DNA of 17,252 nt from Elusimicrobiota bacterium. GTDB taxonomy: Bacteria; Elusimicrobiota; Elusimicrobia; Elusimicrobiales; UBA9959. Positions 10,635-17,252 of this stretch are shown one piece after another (position 1 is the stretch's first letter; every line of letters begins with the position of its first letter). The notes below the pieces were generated by a model. It did no database searches, had not been told where the DNA came from, and saw nothing but the letters and a program-made list of their open reading frames with translations. The stretch lies in assembly GCA_037137395.1 (NCBI GenBank), contig JBAXKK010000057.1, forward strand, positions 1 through 17,252, in the 5' to 3' direction. The position numbers were made by a program, and so were the translations under genes.

Positions 10635-12167
10635 CTATTCCCACTCTATTGTCGCCGGAGGTTTGGAGGTTATATCATAAACTATCCTGTTGACCCCTTT
10701 CACCTCGCTTACGATGCGGGCTGAGATGCGGCGCATTAATTCATAGGGCAACTGGGACCAGTCGGCCGTCATGCCGTCCACGGATCCCACGCAGCGCACC
10801 GCTATCACATTCTCGTAAGAACGCTCATCCCCCATAACGCCGACGGTCTTTATCGGAAGCAGCACGCAGAAGGACTGCCAAATCCTGGAGTACCAGCCGA
10901 ACGCCTGTATCTCCTCGCGCATGATGAGGTCGGCCTTGCCAAGGATGGCGAGCCGCGCGGCGGTCACTTCGCCCAGAACGCGGATGGCCAGGCCCGGGCC
11001 CGGAAAAGGATGCTGCATAAGTATCTCTTCGGGAATTTTGAGGCTCCGTCCCAGCTCACGCACTTCGTCCTTGAAAAGAAACCGCAGAGGCTCCACCAGC
11101 GAAAGACCCATTTTATCTGGCAGGCCGCCGACATTATGATGGCTCTTGATTACCGCGGAAGGGCCTTTCACGGAGACTGATTCTATGACGTCGGGGTAAA
11201 GGGTGCCCTGCGCCAGGAACTTCGCCCCTTTTATTTTTTTAGCCTCTCTTTCAAAAACCTCAATAAAGGAATGGCCTATTATCTTCCTTTTTCTTTCAGG
11301 GGAAGTGACGCCTTTCAGCCGACTCAGGAATATTTTTGAAGCGTCAACTATCTTCAGATTAAAGCGGAACTTTTTCAAAAAAACTTCCTTCATTCTTTCG
11401 CGGTCTCCGACGCGCAACAGACCGGTATCCACAAAAATACAGTAAAGCCTTTTGCCTACGGCGCGATGAGCCAGGACGGCGGCCACAGAAGAGTCCACTC
11501 CGCCTGACAAAGCGCAGATGACGGCGTCTTTGCCGACCTGCTTCTTTATGCCGGCTATAGACTCATCAAGGAAAGATGCGGGGGTCCAGCGCTCCTGATA
11601 GCCGCAGATGCGGCGGGCGAAATTGTCCAGTATTTTGCCGCCGTGCCCGGTGTGATGAACTTCGGGGTGGAACTGCACCGAATACAGTCCCCGGTCCGCG
11701 CATTCCATGGCCGCGACCGGGACGTCGGGGGTTCCCGCGGTCACCCTGAATCCGTAAGGCGCGGCTTTAACCTCATCGCCATGACTCATCCACACCTTAA
11801 GATTCTTCGGCACGCCGCTAAACAGGGCGGAAGCCCCGCTAACCTTAAGACTCGAGTGTCCGTATTCCCGTTTTAAAGCCTTGTGAACCTTGCCGCCCAT
11901 TTCGCGCGCGATAAGCTGCATGCCGTAGCAGATACCCAGCACGGGTATACCCAAACTGAGTATCGCTGGGTCCGAAACAGGCGCGCCCTTGTCACAGACG
12001 CTGGAAGGCCCGCCGGAAAGAATAATACCCTTCGGGCCGCGCGCGAGGATCTCCTCCACCGGGGTCCGGAATGGCAGAATCTCGCAGTAAATTCGCAGGC
12101 TGCGCAGGCGCCTTGCTATTAGCTGCGTATACTGGCTGCCGAAATCAAGGATTAATATTTGATCCAT
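10635..12167 (-). CDS. guaA: GMP synthase (glutamine-hydrolysing)
   Basis: ILDFGSQYTQLIARR, LSGGPSSV, GICYGMQ, QFHPEV (class I GATase triad), LSGGVDSSV (PP-loop), QGTLYPDVIES, IKSHHNVGGLP, HPFPGPGLAIR, YDITSKPPATIEWE. Confidence 0.99.
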   Translation of the reverse strand: MDQILILDFGSQYTQLIARRLRSLRIYCEILPFRTPVEEILARGPKGIILSGGPSSVCDKGAPVSDPAILSLGIPVLGICYGMQLIAREMGGKVHKALKREYGHSSLKVSGASALFSGVPKNLKVWMSHGDEVKAAPYGFRVTAGTPDVPVAAMECADRGLYSVQFHPEVHHTGHGGKILDNFARRICGYQERWTPASFLDESIAGIKKQVGKDAVICALSGGVDSSVAAVLAHRAVGKRLYCIFVDTGLLRVGDRERMKEVFLKKFRFNLKIVDASKIFLSRLKGVTSPERKRKIIGHSFIEVFEREAKKIKGAKFLAQGTLYPDVIESVSVKGPSAVIKSHHNVGGLPDKMGLSLVEPLRFLFKDEVRELGRSLKIPEEILMQHPFPGPGLAIRVLGEVTAARLAILGKADLIMREEIQAFGWYSRIWQSFCVLLPIKTVGVMGDERSYENVIAVRCVGSVDGMTADWSQLPYELMRRISARIVSEVKGVNRIVYDITSKPPATIEWE

Positions 12168-12170
12168 TGT

Positions 12171-12205
12171 TACCGATTACCGGATACTGGATACCGATTA
12201 CTGCT
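12171..12205. repeat. Imperfect heptamer tandem repeat, about 5 units (TACCGAT TACCGGA TACTGGA TACCGAT TACTGCT)
   Basis: Read directly in the 55-bp guaB3-guaA spacer. Further degenerate units (GACCGGC TACCGCC) extend to about 12221. Confidence 0.75.
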
Positions 12206-12222
12206 ATGACCGGCTACCGCCC

Positions 12223-13389
12223 CTACTTAGTCTTCCCCATGCCTACCGTCTGAGCTCTCTGCAAAAGCTTGCCCTCGCTTTTGATGGACGGAGCGATAAT
12301 TATCTGGGCATGCTGCATCTCTCTGATATTGTGACAGCCTAAAGCGCCCATTGAGGTTTTAAGAGCGCCGGCCAGGTTTTGGCTGCCGTCGTCCACGCGC
12401 GCCGGCCCGAAAAGTATTTCCTCGATGGAGCCGGTAACACCCACATGCACGCGGGTGCCGCGCGGCAGGTTGGCGTGCGGGGTGGCCATGCCCCAGTGGT
12501 AACCCTTGCCCGGGGCTTCGGACGCCTTTGCGAAAGGAGAACCGATCATAACTGCATCCGCGCCGGAGGCGATAGATTTGCAGATGTCGCCGCCGTTGTG
12601 CATGCCGCCGTCCGTGATGATGGAGACGTATCTGCCGGTCTTATTGAAGTAAAAATCTCTGGCCGCTGCGCAATCCACGGTAGCGGTGACCTGAGGCACG
12701 CCGATACCTATAACACCGCGCGTCGTGCACGCCGCTCCGGGGCCCACGCCCACCAGCAGACCGGCTACACCCGTGTCCATAAGTTCAAGCGCCACGTCAT
12801 AAGTCACGCAATTGCCCGCTATCACTGGAATCCGCATCTCTTTGACGAATTTGGCTATATCCAGAGTTTTTTGTTTTTTGGATTCGTATTTGATGGTTAT
12901 CACGGTAGCCTGCACTATAAAGATGTCCGCGCCGGCCTCTTTGGCTATGGGGCCGAACTCGCCGGCGTTCTGCGGTATGCAGGACACGGCGCACGGCACC
13001 TTAGCTTTTTTTATCTCGGCGACGCGCTTGGCTATGAGCTTAGCGTTTACAGGCTGTTTGTATATTTTCTGAAAGACTTCGGTGGCCTGGCCTGGCGCGC
13101 AGTTCACTATCAGGTCCACCGCCTCTTCCGGATTCTCGTAGCGGGTATTTATGCCATCCAGGTTCAGCACAGCCAGCCCGCCAAGCTTGTTCATGACTGT
13201 GGCGAACCGGGTGTTAACCACGCCATCCATCGCGGAGGCGAGGAAAGGCGTTTTAAATTTCAAATCCCCTATGCTGAAAGAGATGTCCGTGTCGTCGGGG
13301 TCAACCCCGATATTGCCCGGCACCAGCGCCACATCGTCAAAACCATAAGTTTGTCTCGCTTCTCTGTTACGGCCGATAAAGTTGGACAT
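12223..13389 (-). CDS. guaB3: GuaB3-family IMP dehydrogenase (no CBS domains)
   Basis: IGRNREARQTYGFDDVALVP, ASAMDGVV, GGLAVLNLDGINTRYE, GNCVTY, VGVGPGAACTTRGVIGIGVPQVTA (catalytic Cys), DGG, GYHWGMATPHANLPRGTR. This is the cyanobacterial/actinobacterial GuaB3 pattern. SD GGAGG. Confidence 0.92.
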   Translation of the reverse strand: MSNFIGRNREARQTYGFDDVALVPGNIGVDPDDTDISFSIGDLKFKTPFLASAMDGVVNTRFATVMNKLGGLAVLNLDGINTRYENPEEAVDLIVNCAPGQATEVFQKIYKQPVNAKLIAKRVAEIKKAKVPCAVSCIPQNAGEFGPIAKEAGADIFIVQATVITIKYESKKQKTLDIAKFVKEMRIPVIAGNCVTYDVALELMDTGVAGLLVGVGPGAACTTRGVIGIGVPQVTATVDCAAARDFYFNKTGRYVSIITDGGMHNGGDICKSIASGADAVMIGSPFAKASEAPGKGYHWGMATPHANLPRGTRVHVGVTGSIEEILFGPARVDDGSQNLAGALKTSMGALGCHNIREMQHAQIIIAPSIKSEGKLLQRAQTVGMGKTK

Positions 13390-13440
13390 TAACTGCCTCC
13401 GGACATAATTCTAAGGTGTGTTAAAAAAACTGACTACCAA

Positions 13441-13449
13441 ATTCTAACA
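13441..13449 (-). promoter_or_regulatory. Putative extended -10 promoter (TG-T-TAGAAT) for guaB3-guaA
   Basis: Minus-strand TGTTAGAAT about 50 nt upstream of the guaB3 ATG in an AT-rich spacer. A second TTAGAATT occurs at about 13407-13414. Confidence 0.4.
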
Positions 13450-13451
13450 AA

Positions 13452-14528
13452 TTATTTTTTTAAAATGAATTTAGCGGCAAAGGCCGCAGCGAACGCGTCA
13501 AGCGAAGCTTTTTCAAGGACCGCGGCCCGGGCCTCCGCCCCAAGACGGCGTAAGGCCGCTGGGTCCAGAGCAAGAACCCGCTTAAGCTGGCGTAAAAGAT
13601 TAGAGGCCGACAGGCTTCCGTAAAAAAATCCGTTTTCTCCGTCTTTTATAAAGCGCTCCATATACGGAGTCCTTTTAACTATGACCGGCTTGCCGCACGC
13701 CATAGAGATGAACGCGATGGAGTTTCCCGCGGCCTCGTTGACATGTCCGTCGGCTATCGGTATAACTACCGCCCTGGCTTCCCGCACCGCCTGCCGCAGA
13801 TTATGCAGATTTTTACTCAACGTAAACACTGATGCAAGGCCGCGCAGGTCCGCCTTAAAAGGCGGGATCTCAGCGTCAGAAAATATATTAAGCGTGAGTC
13901 CGGCGTTCTTGACGGCCCTGGCGAGCACGGAGAAATCCCTGCCGGTAGAACCGGCGGAAAAGACGCCATTTCCAGGCGCGATATGATCACTTGATTTTGT
14001 CGCCTCTTTCAACCCGGACGGACTGTAATAAAGACAGTCCACGGCGTAACCTCGCCTAAGGATCCGGTCAGCCTGAAGCCCCAGCCCGGACCAAAGGTCA
14101 GGATCATCAAATTCAAGTATAAAGGCCTGATCCAGAACGCTCAAAAGTCCCAGTTTTCGCGCTATATCAGCGGTGGAATTGTGCCCCGGCATCGGGAACA
14201 GATGGTTAGCTATGAATATTTTTTTAGCGCAGGCAGGGCTCCGGAGCAGCCGCAAAAACGGATCCGCGCAAGCCTTCCGCTTCGGAAAATCCAGAAGCAC
14301 CAGAATGTCATAGGAGCTCCGCAACTCACGCTTAAGCTCAGCCGGATTTGAGTACTTTATACGGCGGCCGCGCGGCGGAGGGAGTTTCTCAATGAAAGGA
14401 CAAGGAAACTGAAAGTCGTGGACTATATCCAGGCTTACGCGATCTACACCCTTTAACGCGCGGATGAATGCCTGCTCGAAGTGCAGGTTTTCCGGGGATT
14501 CCAAAAAATTAACCATTAATATCTTCAT
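13452..14528 (-). CDS. Glycosyltransferase, GT-B fold (GT4-like)
   Basis: N-terminus MKILMVNF (start re-called to ATG 14528), YAVD..YY.P, FSAGSTGRDFSVL, ARAVVIP, SMACGKPVIV, FIKDGENGFFY, LG..AR..V. The ORF-track extension to 14699 runs through the AT-rich spacer and into the divergent gene. Confidence 0.8.
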   Translation of the reverse strand: MKILMVNFLESPENLHFEQAFIRALKGVDRVSLDIVHDFQFPCPFIEKLPPPRGRRIKYSNPAELKRELRSSYDILVLLDFPKRKACADPFLRLLRSPACAKKIFIANHLFPMPGHNSTADIARKLGLLSVLDQAFILEFDDPDLWSGLGLQADRILRRGYAVDCLYYSPSGLKEATKSSDHIAPGNGVFSAGSTGRDFSVLARAVKNAGLTLNIFSDAEIPPFKADLRGLASVFTLSKNLHNLRQAVREARAVVIPIADGHVNEAAGNSIAFISMACGKPVIVKRTPYMERFIKDGENGFFYGSLSASNLLRQLKRVLALDPAALRRLGAEARAAVLEKASLDAFAAAFAAKFILKK

Positions 14529-14544
14529 AAGCGGGACAGAGCCT

Positions 14545-14642
14545 ATTATATAAAATAGATCCCGTAAAAACCGCGGCGCGGCAAAATCCGCTTTAAGAGG
14601 GCAAGGTTTAAAAGTGTCGGGATATATAATATAATTATAAAT
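14545..14642. promoter_or_regulatory. Divergent promoter region
   Basis: Minus-strand TATAAT at 14550-14545. Plus-strand TATAAT at 14625-14630 and 14630-14635, with TTTAAA (14607-14612) 17 nt before the second. Confidence 0.5.
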
Positions 14643-15503
14643 ATGACAAAAATCCTTTGCGCGCTTGCGACTATTCTCTGGCTGAGCGCGGTATCCCACG
14701 CCGCCTGGTGGGTTGAAAACGATTACGCCTTCGGCTCGAACAGCTTCCGAAAAGAATCCCTGACGCTTTTCTCCAAGATCACCCCCAGAGTAATGAGCGG
14801 CCTTAACGCGTCTTTTTATAAGGACGATGGTCTTTACCGCGACAAAGCCTACGCGCTCCGTCTGCCGGTGATGTATTCCACCAGCAAATTAGTTCTCTCC
14901 GCAACTCCTTTCCTTTATCCGGCTTCATCAGAGATCAGATCCAGCGCGCGCGGCGCCAGAATTTACGCGCTGATACCGGTCAGCGAAGACGACGAGAATA
15001 GTTATGTTCACCTGACACTCTCAGCCGCCGCGGCGCGCCAAAAAACCCGGCTCGCGCTAAAGACCGGCCCGGAGCGCGAAACCTTCTCCGAAACCGCCTT
15101 CGAGGCGCAGGTGGAAAAATGTTTTTACAGCCAGTTCTTCTTCCTGGCCTCGGCCGCCGGGTTCCCCAAGCCTGAAAAAGCCAGCAACGGCAATTTGGTA
15201 AACCCTGTCCTGGATCACGGCGACCTGGCCTATATGGGGACTTTCAGGCAGGTGACCGCGCTGCCGGAATGGGTGGCTACCGCGCAGGTGGCCAGAAACA
15301 TGGCACCCGACTTTGACAGTTATATTTACGCCGGATTTAGTAGAATATCTTTCAGGGGCGCGGATGACGCCAATTCGCTTTTGGGCGGTATGAAAATGAA
15401 ACTGAACGACAAGACCACCCTGGACTTCGCATATAATTTTTATAAAATGAATAGCGAAGCCGGTAAAAATTATTATAAACTTTTACTTCAGTTGTTTTTT
15501 TAA
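14643..15503 (+). CDS. Putative outer-membrane beta-barrel protein of unknown function
   Basis: Sec signal peptide MTKILCALATILWLSAVSHA, many alternating amphipathic aromatic-rich strands, and a C-terminal beta-signal-like ending YYKLLLQLFF. Confidence 0.7.
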   Translation: MTKILCALATILWLSAVSHAAWWVENDYAFGSNSFRKESLTLFSKITPRVMSGLNASFYKDDGLYRDKAYALRLPVMYSTSKLVLSATPFLYPASSEIRSSARGARIYALIPVSEDDENSYVHLTLSAAAARQKTRLALKTGPERETFSETAFEAQVEKCFYSQFFFLASAAGFPKPEKASNGNLVNPVLDHGDLAYMGTFRQVTALPEWVATAQVARNMAPDFDSYIYAGFSRISFRGADDANSLLGGMKMKLNDKTTLDFAYNFYKMNSEAGKNYYKLLLQLFF

Positions 15504-15524
15504 ACGGTTAGAAACCGCACGCTT

Positions 15525-17087
15525 ATGATAATGCAGTCACAAGAAAGCCTTGAGATGCTGGTGATAGTTTCCCGGCTGCTGTCCTCCAAACTGGACATCT
15601 CCGAGCTGTTGCTCACCATCATGCGCCTGGCCTCCCGCGTAGTCGGCGCCGAAAGATCATCCCTTTACCTGCTGGATGAAAAGACGCAGGAACTTTATTT
15701 CGATGTTGCCTTGGGCCTCCCTGAAGATGTGCAGAAGATGCGCTTTAAGATTGGCGAAGGCATAGCCGGAACCTGCGCCAAGGAAGGCCGCTCCCTCATC
15801 ATTAACGACGCGGCGAACGACCCGCGCCACACCCAAAAAGTAGACAACAGAAGCGGTTTTGTCACGCGCGCGCTCCTGACCTGCCCCATGATCATTAAAG
15901 GCAAGGTTATCGGCGTCGTCCAGGCCATCAACAAGACTGACGGCGATTTTGTGGAAGTTGACAAGAATAATTTTGAAGCATTCGCGTCTCAGGCAGCTAT
16001 AGCCATAGAGAATTCCAGGCTTTTCACCTCCGTAAAGGAAGAGAAGCGCAAGCTTGAGATAGTCTTTAAGCGCATCAAGGAAGGCGCGGTCCTAACTACC
16101 CAGGACGGCGAGATAATCATTCTCAACAATTCCGCCAAGCTTTATCTGGAATACGAAAAGTATAAATTTACCAACATTTTCCAAGCTATGGAGAATTTCT
16201 CCGTCAAGCCGTCTATAGAGGACGTGGTTAAATCGGATACCGCCATCGCGCGCTTTGAGGTCATGCGCGAGAAGCCTAAAAAGTTCTATCTGGACGGCTC
16301 CGCTATAAAATTGTTCAAGGAAGACCGGGATGGAAACCCTTTGATAGAGGGACGCCTCTGGATACTGTCGGACATCACGGCCCAGAAGCTTGAAGAGTGT
16401 ATGGCAAGGAATTTCCTATCGCTTATCTCGCACAAATTCAAAACGCCGCTGGCCTGCATCAACGGGTACTCGCAGATCCTTAACGAAGAGGCCGCCTCCG
16501 GAAATATGCCGGATATAGTGAAAAAGTCATCCGCGACCATCATGACGCAGGGCGCAAAGCTCACCGGGCTGGTGGAAAGCCTGCTGGATTTCGTCACAAT
16601 AGACAGCATAGAAGAATCCGGCATGAATAAGACCAGCTTTGACATCGGAGAGATTTTCAACGAAACTGTTGAACTTATGAAGACGCGCTTCAAAGACACT
16701 CCGGGCCTGACTTTCAAAATGGCTGTGCCGGAGCCTGTAACTGTAATTGCCGATAAAAGCATGATTAAAAACGCTTTGAATAACCTGATAGATAACGCGG
16801 TAAAGTTCAACCAGGGCGCGGACAAACTTGTAATTCTGTCAGTCCAGGCTAAAGACGGTCAAGCCATGATATCGGTAGGCGATAACGGCCCCGGCATCCC
16901 AGGGGAAGAGATCGCAAATATTTTCAATAAGTTCTACCAAGTGGAAGCCGCGTTCACCGGTCAGGTGGAAGGCTGGGGCCTGGGCCTCGCCCTGGTTAAG
17001 AAAGTGGCTGAGGCTCACCATGGCAGCGTATACGCCAAATCTCAGCTCCAAAAAGGTTCGGCCTTCACCATCGTAATCCCCCTTTAA
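15525..17087 (+). CDS. Cytoplasmic GAF-PAS sensor histidine kinase
   Basis: GAF (AERSSLYLLD, GEGIAG, DPRH...VD..SGFVTRALLTCPM, IGVVQAINK, ASQAAIAIENSRL), PAS-like region ending SDIT, H-box SHKFKTPL, N-box NLIDNAVKF, G1 DNGPGI, F-box IFNKFYQ, G2 GWGLGL. No TM segment. ATG 15531 is an alternative start. Confidence 0.93.
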   Translation: MIMQSQESLEMLVIVSRLLSSKLDISELLLTIMRLASRVVGAERSSLYLLDEKTQELYFDVALGLPEDVQKMRFKIGEGIAGTCAKEGRSLIINDAANDPRHTQKVDNRSGFVTRALLTCPMIIKGKVIGVVQAINKTDGDFVEVDKNNFEAFASQAAIAIENSRLFTSVKEEKRKLEIVFKRIKEGAVLTTQDGEIIILNNSAKLYLEYEKYKFTNIFQAMENFSVKPSIEDVVKSDTAIARFEVMREKPKKFYLDGSAIKLFKEDRDGNPLIEGRLWILSDITAQKLEECMARNFLSLISHKFKTPLACINGYSQILNEEAASGNMPDIVKKSSATIMTQGAKLTGLVESLLDFVTIDSIEESGMNKTSFDIGEIFNETVELMKTRFKDTPGLTFKMAVPEPVTVIADKSMIKNALNNLIDNAVKFNQGADKLVILSVQAKDGQAMISVGDNGPGIPGEEIANIFNKFYQVEAAFTGQVEGWGLGLALVKKVAEAHHGSVYAKSQLQKGSAFTIVIPL

Positions 17088-17090
17088 CCC

Positions 17091-17252
17091 GAATCCTGCA
17101 GTTAAGAATGATTCCCATAGAGAAATCAGTGGAACAAAATTATTCTGCAGGATTCCCCGCGAAGCGGGCGGAGGGCCAAGCGCTATGCGCGACAGGCCCG
17201 ACGGGGTGAGGCCCGGCTTTAGAACGAGGCATAATTATGCCTCGCGTCCGGG
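17091..17252. repeat. Dense cluster of inverted repeats (MITE/REPIN-like or structured RNA), truncated by the window edge
   Basis: 11-bp IR GAATCCTGCAG (17091-17101) / CTGCAGGATTC (17145-17155). Hairpin CCCGC-GAA-GCGGG (17156-17168). GGGCC..GCGC-TAT-GCGC..GGCCC (17173-17199). Perfect 20-bp palindrome CGAGGCATAATTATGCCTCG (17225-17244) inside CCCGG (17212-17216) / CCGGG (17248-17252). Confidence 0.7.

Noticed and set aside
12379..13392. 337-aa plus-strand ORF antisense to guaB3
   Set aside because: Shadow ORF mirroring a well-supported gene; no recognisable motifs or SD. Such ORFs are common with GC-rich codon usage.
13390..13451. Possible purine riboswitch upstream of guaB3-guaA
   Set aside because: The spacer is only about 62 bp, AT-rich, and lacks the three-stem purine aptamer and its conserved core.
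14529..14699. 57-aa N-terminal extension of the glycosyltransferase in the ORF track
   Set aside because: It crosses the AT-rich divergent promoter and overlaps the opposite gene. MKILMV at 14528 is a typical GT-B start.
15695..17051. Minus-strand ORFs (89, 179 and 70 aa) inside the kinase gene
   Set aside because: Antisense to a gene with a complete domain set; no independent coding evidence.

Overview
GC-rich bacterial window, probably from a diderm (it encodes a predicted outer-membrane beta-barrel). It is almost entirely coding. From left to right: scpB-type methylmalonyl-CoA decarboxylase (+); then a long minus-strand run, read right to left as GT-B glycosyltransferase, GuaB3-type IMP dehydrogenase, guaA, an unknown 3-TM protein, galE, galT, galK, a Na+/solute symporter, a 71-aa 2-TM protein and an exported GH2 beta-galactosidase with an inserted LamG domain; then a divergent plus-strand pair, a beta-barrel protein and a soluble GAF-PAS-histidine kinase with an atypical H-box (SHKFKTP). 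The best candidate for an undescribed system is the galactoside-scavenging module: an exported LamG-GH2, a possible two-subunit SSS importer and the Leloir enzymes. Non-coding oddities are a 14-bp direct repeat at the left edge, an operator-like palindrome before scpB, REP-like hairpins before the GH2 gene, a heptamer microarray between guaB3 and guaA, and a dense palindromic element at the right edge. No rRNA, tRNA, CRISPR array or transposase gene was recognised. All calls come from reading motifs by eye; no searches were run.
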